Shown here: positions 12,646 through 25,361 of the stretch, piece by piece
Position numbering within the stretch: the first letter of the stretch is position 1
Layout: every line of letters starts with the position of its first letter
NCBI RefSeq assembly: GCF_009914755.1
Contig: NC_060937.1
DNA from: the human T2T-CHM13v2.0 reference genome, Homo sapiens
Length of the DNA stretch: 64,000 nucleotides
Direction: 5' to 3' (one strand)
The notes under the pieces: model-generated
Told to the model about the DNA's origin: nothing
Seen by the model: only the letters and a program-made list of their open reading frames with translations
Databases searched by the model: none
Position numbers and translations under genes: made by a program

Positions 12646-13891
12646 TCAAGTAGTCTTTGAACAAGTAATTTTATAATCATATTTACTTACTCATCCATTC
12701 ATCATTCAATCTAAACTAATTAGTAAGCACCTACCACATTAAGCAAATAACCTATATACATATAAGAAACAATGTAAGGCCACGTGGAGTTCACTAACAT
12801 AAAATTCTTGACTTCAAATAATATCTAATAATGCAGAGAAAATACAAGTATAAAAATATCAGGAATTATGTGTTAAATACCAGTCATCCATACTCTCACA
12901 GAAGTAGGTCAGAAAAAAAAAAACAGTCACTACTGATTCTCTCATTCATTTCTCTTCCTACTGCCAAATCACCAGGAAAAATGGAAAGAGTAAAACATCA
13001 GAAAGAAAAGAATACTGACATATAAAGACACTCACAGAGACAGGAATAAACGAGAATAAAGGAACAACTTATTGAAATACAGCAAATGAAGTTATATTGT
13101 TTGTCCCTCAAACACGTAAAAGCTAAGAAAATAAGAAATAAAATACATTGTTTTTTGGAGATGATTTCCTTAAAAAACACAAGAGTGAGTATACCAAAAC
13201 TAGTTTGAGCACTGACTGAAATGTAACATCCTTTGAGAGAGGGGCCAGATCTTATTCATGTATCATGTATCATTTGGTGCACTGTTTGACATAAAGACAC
13301 ACAATAATGTTTCTTGAACTCAAATGCAAGGCACATGTGTTTGATAAATGTCCACAAAATAACCATTCTAAAGAGTTCTATAATACCCTGGGAAGTAAAT
13401 ACAATTGGGGGATCAGCAACTAAGCATTAAATTCTTTACAAAATGCAAAACAATACTGAGATATGATTAAAAACTATAAAAAGTGCTCACTAAAAACAGC
13501 TTCATAGCAAAATATTAAAAAGAATAAGATTTCAAACCAAAGCTCACTTTTTAATAGGCTGCCTAATAGGAGCTTTTACAATTACTAATGGACAGAACAA
13601 AGTTACAAAAGGACTTAAAAGGTCATTTACTCCTTTGCCATCCGTTCAGTTAGGACCACAATCAAACCATACCCCAGCAAAAGAAACATATCTAAAGACA
13701 TCCAGTGAAGATTAAACCACCTTGAAAAACTACTCCATTTTTTTTAAACTACTCTCACAATCTATGCCTTGAATTTATCTGGCAAATGCCCATATCTCAC
13801 TTTTATCAGGTATTCTAGGGCACAATTTCCCTGGGACTACCATATATAAGTATAGTTATCACTGAAGAGAAAAATGTTTAAAATAATGTTG

Positions 13892-14055
13892 AGCCGGGTG
13901 TGGCCACATGCCTGAAATCCCAGCCACTGGGGAGGCTGAGACAGGAAGGCTGCTTGAGCCCAGGAGTTCAAGGCTGCTGTGAGCTATGACTGCACCATTG
14001 CATTCCAGCCTAGGTGACAGAGTCAGACCCTGTCTCCAAAAAATAAAAATAAAAT
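13892..14055 (+). mobile_element. Alu right monomer (FRAM/AluJ fragment)
   Basis: 'gagcccaggagttcaaggctgctgtgagctatgactgcacc'. Confidence 0.8.
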
Positions 14056-14740
14056 GAAATACTCTTGAGCACATTAAAATATAAACATATTTTCATTTAC
14101 AGATGCTCAAATATCAGTGAAATCACAAATCAGTCCAGACATTAAATACTGTCAGAATTGAAGAATTTTAGAGCCATTGAGCTCTCATATTATCTAGTGG
14201 AACTTCCTGTTTCTTTGAAGATGAAAACAAGGCAAAAGTACATTGGTATTAATGCCCTATACAATAACATTTTATAGCATTAACGGAAGCTTCATTTTAA
14301 AAAATTGATTAGTCCTCAGACTCTAATCATCACTTTGTAATATAACTACTACCTGATCCACCTGCTTAATATGGTCAAGTAAAGTCTAGAACAGGGCCTT
14401 TCTATCAGACAGAACTGGCAGTCCTGCCACACTGTTAGTAAGGAAGTGGGAGAAGAAATGCTTTCAGTTGTTGAGCACTTTAGGGTTTACCTCCACTAAA
14501 CTGTTTCAACTTCCCAAAATCAAATAAATAGTATTAACACCTCATATGAAATAAGGGTACAGATTTGGAGACCTGCCTATGATCATGCAGAAAATAAGTT
14601 GGAGACACAAAATTAGACAACTTACTTTCTTTCCTTATTTTCCCCTCCTTTGTTATGCTCTCTCCCAGTTCTTCTTCCTCTATGCCTCCTAACTAGGGTC
14701 TCATTTGTAGGCTCCTCCCGCAAACACATACACACAACTC

Positions 14741-15039
14741 TTTTTTTTTTTTTTTTTCCTGACACGGAGTCTCGCTCTGTCACCAGGCTGGAGTGCAGCA
14801 GCATGATCTTGGCTCACTGCAACCTCTGCCTCCTGGGTTCAAGCTATTCTCCTGCCTCAGCCTCCTGAGTAGCTGGGACTATAGGTGTGCGCCACCATGT
14901 CTAGCTAATTTTTATATTTTTAGGAGAAACGAGGTTTCACCATCTTGGCCAGGATGGTCTCGATCTCTTGATCTCCTGATCTGCCCGCCTCAGCCTTCCA
15001 AAGTGCTGGGATTACAGGCGCGAGCCACTTCGCCCGGCC
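14741..15039 (-). mobile_element. AluSc-like
   Basis: Antisense dimer; 'ctgtcaccaggctgg' and 'caggatggtctcgatctc'. Confidence 0.9.
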
Positions 15040-15059
15040 TACACACATTTCTTAAATGA

Positions 15060-16350
15060 GAGTTCCATATCCAAACCTCTTCCTTTTTCTTTTCTACTCA
15101 TTACTCCAATGTGAGCTGGTCCATTCTCCCTTGTAGCTTTAATTACTTATCTATATGCAAACTTCTAACTCCAGCCTGCTCTCTCTGAACTCCAGACTAA
15201 AATGCACCTCCACCTGAATATCCCATAGGAACCTCTAACAAATGCTCAAAACTCAACTAATATCTTTATATTTCACCCCAATAAAAACCAGCTCCTCCTC
15301 ATCTCAATCAACGGATTCACTATTACCTCAGTCATGCTAGCCAGAAACTGAGGAATCAATCAGCTAAGAGTTCCAAATCTAACTCCCAACATCCAAACTC
15401 TTATCAAGTCATATCAATTTTATCTCTTAAATATTCCTTGAATCCATGTCTTTCTGTAACTCCAAATGCTTAATTCAGACTCTCTTCATTTCTCTACTGG
15501 ACTTTGTTTTTTTCTATTATACAACTGGCTTTTCTACTACCTGTAATGTTTCCCCTCCCAGGTCCATTCTCTACACTGGGGCTGGAGTTATCTTTCTAAA
15601 ATACAAATCTGACGCCACCACCACTCTAGCTAAAATTCTTCAATGACTGCCCCATATCAAGAAAAATTCTAAACTCTGAATATGGTGCCAAGTACTTTAA
15701 GATCTGGCCTCACCCACTAATTGCAAGTATTCTGGGATCCAGTCATTCAGAACTACCTAGCGTTTCCCAAATACAAAATACTGATTCTTCAATCTATCCT
15801 TTGCTTATTTTGTGCCATCCATTTGTCCTAGAATGACTTTCCTCATCATCACTCCAGTGAAAGCTTATTCAACTATTTTAACACAAGTTAAAAGTCAAAT
15901 CACACTGAAGGCCTCCCCTGACTTCCTTAGACAGAGTCAGGATCTTTCTACTAAATGACAGAGAATGGTCAGTGCTTGAGATCAGGACCAGACCCACCTG
16001 GGCTGAAATCCCAGGTTCACACGTTACCAGCTATGATTTTGAGCAAGGCCTCTAAAGCCTGTTTCCTCATCTCTAAAAATCAGTAACTACTTCACCAACT
16101 GTTTTGAGGATTAAGTAAGGAGTTGCATGCAAAATACTCCTCACAGCACCTGACATATTCAATAAATGTTACTGTTATGTGATTATTTCCTCTGGGCTCC
16201 TAGAGCAACTTGCACTTATCTCTACCACACTACTGTGATGACAAGACTGCCCATGCAGGATACAGACTATCTTTTTTCATCTCTTTATTCTCACCACCTG
16301 GCATAATGCCTGGCACATAGGTTCCTAACACATTTTGAATGAATAAATAA
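15060..16350 (+). mobile_element. L2 fragments with a MIR at ~15960-16180
   Basis: L2 3' end 'gcctggcacatag...tgaatgaataaa'; MIR core 'cctgtttcctcatctctaaaa'. Confidence 0.65.
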
Positions 16351-17412
16351 AATACTTCAAACCTTATGTTGTATCACATAAGGCCTCAATTTTGTTTTCT
16401 ACCTGTCTTACTAAACCTACTTTCCATCTCCTCCTTGTACAAAATTGCAACCTCAAGTAAAATTTACACAGGTCAACTTCATTTTAATTAAGAGAAAGTT
16501 TTATAGGATTTGTGGTCTTTTTGTTTTTAAACACACACACACACACAAACTCACAATAATATCAACAATTCTCCAACTTACTCCATAAAGCAGCAAATTT
16601 CTAGGATGGTTATCTACCTATTAAAAAATTTTAAAGGGTCGTCAAGGAAGGTTTCGTAAATCTGTGTCAGCTTCCTTTACCAGCAAGTCTTTGAGTCAAC
16701 TCTAAGGACTCAAGTGTACTCCTGAACATAAAAAATATATAAAGAATTAACTAAATAATTAAAACATGGTATTTTTCCTTCCGAAAACATGCTGAGAAAT
16801 TCTGAATAACACTGGAATAATCAAAGAATTATTGCTGCCTACTGCTAAAAAAGTCTGTTTTTAAAAGTTACTAGTAATTTAAAACTGAACTAATCAAAAT
16901 ATGTGTAGGCAGTGTTCAGGCTGGCAAGGGGGGGTGGGGTGGAGCACTCATTTCACAACCTTGAACCTCAAGAAATAAAATTCAAAAATGCAAAAAGTTA
17001 AAAATGCCAGATACCACCATATAATCGCAATGACATCTTTTTATCTATTTCCACACTTAACCTTTAAACATTACTGCCCTTTGAGTAATTACCAATTGAT
17101 GGGTTTAATATGCAAACACCTCTGAGCTACTTTAAAACAAACATGACTAACCCAGAAATAAACGTATCCAGGAAAGGAGAAAAACCTGTTAAAACACGGT
17201 TTCTCAGGTCTCACATCCAATGTGTGACATACATACGGTTCTGCACCGAAAGGCAGCAACCTGCGAGGGTCAGAGGCGCCGAAGACCCGAGGCCCTGCAG
17301 CTTGGGCGGCTGCTCATCCCTGAGACTGTGCAGGGCGGTGGCCCAGCCGGGGTGGGGCTGAACGCTGCAACTGGGGCGGGCCCAGCTACAGGGCGGGAAG
17401 CCCGAGGCTCAC

Positions 17413-17520
17413 CTCCACTTCCCTTTCCCAACGCACAGAGCCCAGGTCCGCGACCACTCAACAGCCCCCTCAAGACAAAGAGAGATTTTTTTTTTTCTGT
17501 CCCGGTCCGCTCAAAGTTTA
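17413..17520 (-). other. Candidate alternative non-coding first exon 1b (TSS approximate)
   Basis: Strong minus-strand donor GGAG|GTGAGC at 17412, transcriptionally downstream of the ZNF143 motif. Confidence 0.5.
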
Positions 17521-17610
17521 TCGGTCTTTCCCGGCGGTCGGGGCCGCCGGGCTTTGTAGTTCGCCAGTCCGAGCTACCCCACCAAGACCGCGAGCCCGAG
17601 GAGTCGCTGA

Positions 17611-17630
17611 ACTACAATTCCCATGATGCA
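17611..17630 (+). promoter_or_regulatory. ZNF143/THAP11 extended SBS motif
   Basis: ACTACAATTCCCATGATGCA; a second, inverted ACTACA half-site at 17555-17560. Confidence 0.85.
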
Positions 17631-17805
17631 CCGCGAGCCTGGCGCTCCCGCGCTCCTCCCCGTCCCCGCACGGGAGCCAGCGCCCGAGGAACCCCGCAGC
17701 CCACTGCCCTGGCGTCTCCGGCAGTGGGAGGCCGAGAGGGGCTGTTGGCTAGAGCCCTCCACCACCTGCTGTCTCGCCCTCGCCCCTTTCTCTCGGATTC
17801 ATTAC

Positions 17806-17930
17806 CCAGAAGGCGCAGGTCCGGGCACATTCAGCGATGCGGTCCAGATGGGGTGCGGGTGGGGCGCAGGCCGCCGCCGCCGCCGCCGCCGCCGAGTCCG
17901 TTAGCTCGCGACGTGCGTGAAAAGGCGGCG
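17806..17930 (-). other. KATNAL1: Candidate non-coding first exon 1a (TSS approximate)
   Basis: Minus strand reads ...GCGAGCTAACGGACT(CGG)8CCTGCGCCCC...CCTTCTGG|GTAATG; donor at 17805. Confidence 0.65.
17871..17894 (+). repeat. (CCG)8 trinucleotide repeat
   Basis: Direct count of 8 uninterrupted units. Confidence 0.95.
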
Positions 17931-17940
17931 GCGGCGTAGT

Positions 17941-17954
17941 GTTGCCATGGCAGC
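17941..17954. promoter_or_regulatory. RFX X-box
   Basis: GTTGCCATGGCAGC, 13/14 match to the palindrome GTTGCCATGGCAAC. Confidence 0.8.
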
Positions 17955-18010
17955 CGCGGCCGCGCGGTGGGCGCAGCGCGGGAGGGAGCGCGGGGGCTGT
18001 GAGTCCGCTC

Positions 18011-18021
18011 TGGGGCGGAGC
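18011..18021 (+). promoter_or_regulatory. SP/KLF GC box
   Basis: TGGGGCGGAGC. Confidence 0.7.
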
Positions 18022-18779
18022 TTGGGACTCCCGCCCAGGTTGCCGGGGGGAGGGAGGTGCAGCGGCGCGGGGTGGGAGAGCAGGGAGACAGTGACATTGA
18101 GGAGGACGTGTGGCCGACTGAGCTCTGGTCGTGCTTGATGAGCCTGCCTCCACTGCGTCCAGCCCCCGTGGCAGGGCACCTTCGTGCCTGCTGCTTTCGG
18201 AGGTGATGCCAGTGGCGTCGAAGGAGGGGGCACCCGGGGCGTCGCAGCGCCTTTCCCGCCGCCTGTCCAGGCGTCCGCCGCTGGGTCTGCCCCCAAGGGA
18301 TGTGTGGATCCTACGCCACCTCTGTGTTTTTCTCCAGTCAAACCGAATTGAAGTCTTTCGCACCCCCTTTCTCCATTCTCTGGGGAGGGGGATAGAAGGG
18401 AATCCTTCGATAAGATGGAATGCATATGGCCTTTAGGATTATTCAGGAGGTTTTAGAATTTGCAAATGGCATTGCTTTCGACTGAATTTGGATTTATGCT
18501 GTTTCTTGGCAATCGTTTGTGGACTCTAGGATAAACAGGTTAAGAGCGTGGGCTTCTAAAACGAATTCTTAGTTCACGTCCTGCCCCTGTGCTTGGTAGC
18601 TGATGACCAGAGGCGCCTTTCTCACCTCTTAACGTTTTGATCTGCAAAAATGGAGATATCCATCTTGCAACTCTTGTAAGAAATACACGCATTAATACTG
18701 ATGAAGCTCTATAAAACAAAGCTTAGCATTTAACAATAGCTATTAAATATTAATTATTTAATCAATAGTGATAAAAGTC

Positions 18780-18950
18780 AGAATAGTGGTTGGCTGTCGG
18801 GGAGGAGTTTGAGAGAATTTTTTGTAGTGATGAAAAAATTCTATAGCTAAGAGTTTCGGTTACAGAAGTATATGCACTTGTCAAAACTCTTGGAATGGGA
18901 CATTTAAGATTTGTACATTTCACTGCATGTAAATTTACCTCAAAAGAGAA
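18780..18950 (+). mobile_element. L1M 3'-end fragment
   Basis: 'gtcagaatagtggtt...cacttgtcaaaactc...catttcactgcatgtaaatttacctcaa'. Confidence 0.7.
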
Positions 18951-19841
18951 CATAAAAATGTGTTGTTATTATTATTAGAGCTATAGACTCTAATGGAAAC
19001 TACAGAGATATTCTAGGCCCAATCTCTAGATTTTATAGATGGGAAAACTGAGGCCCAGAAATTTAATAGAAAAAAAGAGGAAGGGGAGTGAATTCGTGAC
19101 CTTGTCATTTTCTAGTAATGAATATCTCCTGAAAAATTATGGTTGAAAATAACAAAAATGGCTCCTGTAATCCAGCTGAGTCATCCTACCACAGAGATTT
19201 TCTTGAACTTGACTGAGTCCCTTATCCACCTTGTGGTGTTCCCCACGGCCAATGTCCTCTCAAGGATTGCACCGTCACTTCTGGCTCTCAGTTCTTGCTT
19301 TTCCTGAACACTTAGACCTCTCCACATATCACCTCTTACAACTCTCCTCTCTCTACTCCTGCTGACACATAATTTCGAAATCAGCCCCTTTTCTTTGGTT
19401 GTTTCTATAGCCAACTCTTTAGAAGGTTTGGAGCAGATAAGTGGTTTTAAATTAAGGATGCAAAAAACCTAAAATTAGAAATCCCTGCTCTTAAAAGTCC
19501 TTCAGTTCTTCCCATGATATTTTTATCCACCTACCCCCATTTTTTCATCATAACCTGTAACCTCCCACTATTGTACCATCTTTCTGGTCCCATCTCTCCC
19601 CTCCTCTCCTCTCTTTATACAATACTTTTATTTCCATCTCCTAATCTGTGCCTTCATAGCTACCTGCCATTCCTAAACTGTTTACCAAAGTTTTTTCCTA
19701 CACAAAGTAACTTCCCAAGAGGAACTCTGGAGCCAGCTATTAAAATAATATTTTTTCACATATGTATCCTCATATTCTATTTGATTCAGTCCACAGTGTA
19801 GCTGCTCAATAAATATTAAGCAGCTTACGTACATGACCTGT

Positions 19842-20193
19842 TGATATAGTTTGGCTGTGTCCCCACCCACCTCTCACTTTATTGTAATAATTCCCACCTG
19901 TCAAGGGCAGGGCCAGGTGGGGATAATTGAATCATGGGCGCGGTTTCACCCGTACTGTTCTTATGGTAGTGAATAAGTCTCATGAGATCTGATGGCTTTA
20001 TAAATGGGAGTTCCCCTACACAAGCTCTTTTGCCTGCCACTGTGTAAGAAGCCCCTTTGCTCTTCCTTCATCTTCCGCCATGATTGTGAGGCCTCCCCAG
20101 CCATGTGGAACTGAGTCCATTAAAACTCTTTCCTTTATAAATTACCCTGTCTTGGTTATGTCTTTATTAGCAGCATGAAAACGGACTAATACA
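19842..20193 (+). mobile_element. THE1 (MaLR) solo LTR
   Basis: TGATATAGTTTGGCTGTGTCCCCACC...GGACTAATACA, 352 bp, perfect 5-bp TSD CCTGT. Confidence 0.93.
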
Positions 20194-21089
20194 CCTGTCC
20201 TGGCTACCTTCACAGTGGGTTCACTTATGAAACCCATTTTCTTACATCCATAATAATGGTTTACTCTAGTATAAATGAGGAAGCTATGTGATAATAGCTG
20301 GAATCTGCTGTCTAAGAGGAAGAAAAGAAACCAAAGTAACCATAGCTTGTACAGAAGAAATGACAGCACTTAAGAGATGAAGTCCGGAACAAAGTCTGGT
20401 ATGAAGCCATAGGACATCCTTATAGGAACTTGGACCTGTCACCTGCAGCAATTTGGTCACAACTCTGCATATGTAATGAGCATGTAAATAAATTCTCCTT
20501 TACTCCTGGAGAAGATGTTACTGATCTGCTACCAGCTGAACACATGTTTGTAGTAGGGATGATAGGTTCACCGGATCCATCTCTCCCTGATCTGGTTTCC
20601 CTTGTGACCGATCACTTGTCTTTCTTTGCAAGGCAGCTGGCCAAGGTTGTAGTGCAGCCTACAGCCATGACGAAGTCTCCAAAGACAAGGTCCCAATGCA
20701 TAACGCTCCTTGTTTTGTGAAGCCAGGATCCCAGAAAATCAGCTCAGCAGGACAGGCCACTTGAGAATGGATGACAGCAGCACAAACAAAAGCTGTCACA
20801 AAAGTGAGTTGGAGGTGGGCAGTCGCGGGAGGGAAGACCACAAGCCACTGAAGCACAGCCTTAAAATGCCTCGCATGGCTATGGACAGGTAGGAACGAAT
20901 AAGGACCGATAGTAAACCATAGTTTATTGTTTTCACCAGATACTTTGGACCTGTTCAAGTGATAGTTAAACACCCTATACAAATCCAAAAGATGGAGCTG
21001 AAAGTAGTAGCACATTAATCCACACAGGCAGTGTGGTCAAGAGCCACCACCCTCATTTACAGCGCATCTGGTTTACAGTTGAGGTCTTT

Positions 21090-21710
21090 CCTCAGTTCTT
21101 AGAGTTCTTGGCCTCTCTGGCATTTGACTTTGCTGACTACCCTCCTTGGTGGGTCCTTGACCTTGGATCTCTTCAGAGCTTTCCAACCAGACTTCATTAT
21201 GTTATTCACCAGCTCTTTTACCTGCTTCTTAAATGTGAGGATAGTTGCCAAGGTTCAGTCACTACACCTTTTCCATTTGCAAGCTTCCGCCTTGGCCGTG
21301 GGTGATGCTCCAATTTCTCTTGCTAGTTCTGATCCACAAGTTCCAGCACTGCACAAGCAGGCCCACTCTTCCTTAACTTGTTCTGTTACTTCTGTTCTCT
21401 TCGTCTAAGATACCAGCGCCTTACCCTATCTAAGGTCTACGTATTCTGAAAACAAACCTTCACATGAAACCTTTCCAGATCATTCCTGCTCAGTCATATC
21501 ACCCTGCTCTGTGCTCAGAATATTTCCTGCCAATCTCACTCCCTTGACAGCTGACCGTACTGCTGAGTGGCTGCTCATGTATTGTTTACTCATTGGCTTT
21601 TTGTCTTTTCTCACTATATTTCAAGCTCCTCCAACGTGTATTTCTGGGTATTCTCAAAAACACCTTCATAATACTCTACATATAATAAGGGCACAATAAA
21701 TGTTTTTGAT
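21090..21710 (+). mobile_element. L2 fragments
   Basis: 'ctctctggcatttgactttgctgactaccctcc'; 3'-end-like 'caataaatgttt'. Confidence 0.5.
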
Positions 21711-22152
21711 TGGTAGTTCTTTTATCTTTTCCCCTTAGCAAAACTTCCTTTATCTGGTAGCTCTCCCTCTTCTAGTACTATGCAGGACATTTGCAGCCTC
21801 TTGATATAAATTTCCCTGAAGCCTATAACTGTGGGCCCCCATACATATTCAGTGGAGGAGTACCTTGGGAGGTAATTCCTTAAGTCGCTGTTGCTGTGGA
21901 AGGAATTCAGTATGTAAGTAGCACTGAATTCCAACGTTCAGGCCCTCTTACCGTAAAGATCTAGAGCAGAGTTTTCCTCACTGTGGGTCACAGTCTATTA
22001 GTAGGTCATGAAGTCAATGTGATGGGTCTCTTCCGGCTTTGTCATATTTAAAAAGTGATAAGGTAAGGTAGTGTAGGGTAAAGTAGAATGCAATAGAATG
22101 CGGTAGAAAATGAAATCCAGAGGGTATGTGCATGGTTAGGGTCAAGTATCGT

Positions 22153-22748
22153 ATGGCAGTTACTGAGCTGTCATCTTTCAGCTTCAAACCTACCCTCTGT
22201 CCTCTGCTTTGTGTTGGTGGGGCTAGAATTGTGCAAACCACATTTCTCCTCTGTCATCTGGGTGGAGAGGCTGGGGCGGCACAGCAGGACCAGAGGAAGA
22301 GCACAAGGCTGGAGGAGAGGGAAGCAACTTGCTCCTTCCTGACAGCCTGCTATGCTTGGCAGCATCACTCCTGCCACAGACTTTTAGCCTGGTGGCAGTT
22401 TTACTTGTCTCCAGCTTCTTATTGTATCTCAACCAGCCTCATCGCATCTCTTCTCCCTCCTCCCCAAAGCATTACCTGCAGCAGCAGCCAGACAGTGTCC
22501 CTCTTCAGGAGCCTGTGCCCCAGCTTCAACAGGCCTTTCCTACAAACCCCAACCTCCTCTCCTCCCTTTGATCTCCAGCCCTTCAGGCGGGAGCTGCTTC
22601 TTGCAGTTATAACCTATGTATTACTCCAGTGTTCCTTTTTTAATTTTTCAGTCCTTGAACATCTGTCTAATCAATTCCCTGTGCTAAATTCTTGCTCTTA
22701 AAATACCTACTTAAAGTTTCTTTTTTCCTGACTGAACCCTGACTAATA
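22153..22748 (+). mobile_element. LTR33-like ERVL LTR, apparently inside an old hAT-Charlie element (~21965-22815)
   Basis: Ends 'tttcctgactgaaccctgactaata'; flanks 'tagagcagagttttc' and 'aagaaacactgctttag'. Confidence 0.6.
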
Positions 22749-24649
22749 TGGATTGTTAAGTAAGATGTACTTCCTGCCATAAGTGTCCATCAAAAGGGTT
22801 TAAGAAACACTGCTTTAGAGGATTGGGAGTTCTTAAATAGCCAGATGACCTGAGATGCAGCTAAGGGGCCAGTCCTAACATGTAGAGGTACTCTGGATTT
22901 CAGGTCCATGAAAAGCAAAGATCCTGTTCCACTATAGCAGTTGTCACTGTTGGACCCCAGTCACAGCCTGACCTGTAGGGATCACTAGCGGTGAGCCTGC
23001 AGTTGTCCATCAGAGTATGGCCTGAACCCATATGGAATCTGTCCTCTCTCAGATATGCAGAAATTCAGCTTCTTTACTTGTTACAGTTTTACTCGTTATT
23101 AGCAAGTGAGAGGAAGCAGAAAGTTAATGATGAAGAAAGCCGGGAACTACTACCAGAGACCTCATACAGTGAAATGGAACTTGACTGAGTGGAAGAGAAG
23201 GATTTAAAAGGTGGATTTTCAAGGTGTCAATTTTCTCTCTCTGATGCTGCCTTTTCTCTCATGTAATCCAAAGAGCTAGTAGACAAGAGGAGGAAATGAA
23301 GAACCTTATACTAATACCTAATACCTATGTTTTTGCCTTATCCAGTCAAAATGAGGCTTTTGCTCTATTTTATTCGTGAACTTACTATACTTATGCCTCA
23401 GTCTCCCATTAGAAGTGAAACTCACTTAATCACATATTCCTAATAAAAAGAACTGCTCCACATTTCAGGAACTCAAAATATTTCTTATGTATGCCAAGAT
23501 AAACACAAAACCTCTTGGCAGCGATCTATGAGGATTCTCCTTGCTTGTGATTTTGCATTTCTTTATGCTAATTCAGAAATATGAACAGAAAACCCAGGAC
23601 TTGAGGCTGTTAAGTGGATTTGTAACACTTGGAGTGTTGTGGGCACATAACTCAATGAATGGATATATAGTCATCTGTGATAGCTGGAGGAATAGTATTT
23701 TCATTGAGCACTGCAGTAAGTCATTGCAGATACTCTGCTAGATACTAAGACATTAGCAACACTTTTTTCACCTAACTGTTTTAGGACCTTGCATTTGGTA
23801 GAAGAATACATAACTCAAAGTGAATTACTCAGGCAAATGTTGGCAAGAGTTACTTCGTTTGTGCCATGCAGAGAATCTTCTAGTGAATTGAAAAGCATGT
23901 CATCCTCTGATTTACCCACTGAAGCATGTTACAATGTAGGTGGCATGTCACAGAGGAAGAGCAGCTTGTGATCAGGTTTTCTATTCATAGAAGACAGCGT
24001 TGTGCCAGGCAACCCCAACCACAGAACATTTCAAGTATGAATGAAAAAGGAGCAGTACAGCTGGGATCCCGTTTCCCCTTCTAAGGAGATGCAAGCCCTC
24101 TCCAGGGCCCCTCCCATGTCTGAAATCCTTTCTTTTCCTATTTTTCTTAAGTCTGTTCTACTTCCACTATAGAGAATTGAGAGTGATGAGTTTTGGAGGA
24201 AAATTCCATTTCCTTTCTTCCCTCCTGTTTCTCATGCATTTGAGGTCATCTTTGTGATTTATGTGCATAAATGATACAAAATCATAAACGTTGGCTTACA
24301 TGAATCGTTCCTAAATGGTTAACTATTCAAGCAAACTGTTCATCATCTGATTCTCCCTGATATTCTCTCCTTATGTTCGCTGGTCTGCCTCACTCCTTTC
24401 TCAAGTCTCACCTCAATTTTCACATTTCCAAAAAAATCATCACTGACAATAAAGGATTCTAACAGCACTTACTCAACCTCATCTTGATCCCTTTTTCCCA
24501 AATTACTGGTTACCTGTTCTTACTGTCTGAAAGTGAAGTTAAGATGAAATAAAGTAAGTATGGCAATTACATAAGATTTGGAAGAACCATATGTTTCTTC
24601 CTTCTCGATCTGTTCCAGGATTTACACCTTCATGACAGAAAAGCATTTT

Positions 24650-25250
24650 AGTTTTTTTTAATTTAAAACACAAAAAAGAATTATAGAGAGTTGCATAACA
24701 AAAAAGAAACCCTGGTACTCACCACATCCTGATTTTGATGTTATTTTTGGATTCATGTTCTTTTACTATTATTACATATCTGTATATTACAGGCATTACA
24801 TAATATCATTTTGCATATTTTCAAGCTTTCTATAAATGTTGTTATACTATGCTTTCTTGAGGTTGCCTTTTTTTATTCAACAATATATTTCTGAGATTTA
24901 TACATTAATAGATTTAGTTCACTCATTTTAATTGCCGTAACCATATAATACCATTCATCTGTTTCCTTTGATGACTAGTTTATTTCTATCCTTCACTAAT
25001 ACCAAAGGTTGTACAATAAACATTCTTGAATATTTCCATGTACGTATGTGTGAAAGGTTTTGGAGAGTTTATCCAAGAAGTAGAATGATAGATAGCAAAG
25101 GGTTCATCTTCAGTTTTCCTAGATTTCATCAATGTTCCCTAAAGTAACTGTATTCATGTACTGTCAGAACAGCAATGTAAGAGAATTCCCACTTCATCAT
25201 ATCTTGGAATTATCTGACATTTCTATTTTTGCTGCTCTGATGAGTGTGAA
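24650..25250 (-). mobile_element. L1ME-type 3'-end fragment
   Basis: 'ttttattcaacaatatatttctgagattta', 'cagcaatgtaagagaattccc'. Confidence 0.65.
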
Positions 25251-25361
25251 TGTATGAAAGCGTATTTGGGTTTGATGTAGGTGTCACTGTATGAGGGTTG
25301 TCAAGTCAGGAATGTAAGGCTGAAGCTAAGGAAGCAGAGGAAGTCAAATATAAATTAGGCT

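Larger units (their letters stand above)
17250..18350. promoter_or_regulatory. KATNAL1: CpG island promoter of a minus-strand gene, recalled as KATNAL1
   Basis: Abrupt GC/CpG-rich block in AT-rich surroundings, with GC boxes, X-box and ZNF143 motif. The gene name rests on my recollection of the 5'UTR and the adjacent PRDX2 pseudogene, not on a search. Confidence 0.8.

Noticed and set aside
17220-18436. Long ORFs on both strands in the CpG island (239, 204 and 174 aa)
   Set aside because: Low-complexity Pro/Arg/Ala/Gly translations expected from GC-rich, stop-poor DNA; they cross candidate splice donors and resemble no protein I recognise
22126-22701. 191-aa ORF
   Set aside because: Coincides with the LTR33-like element; no protein similarity apparent
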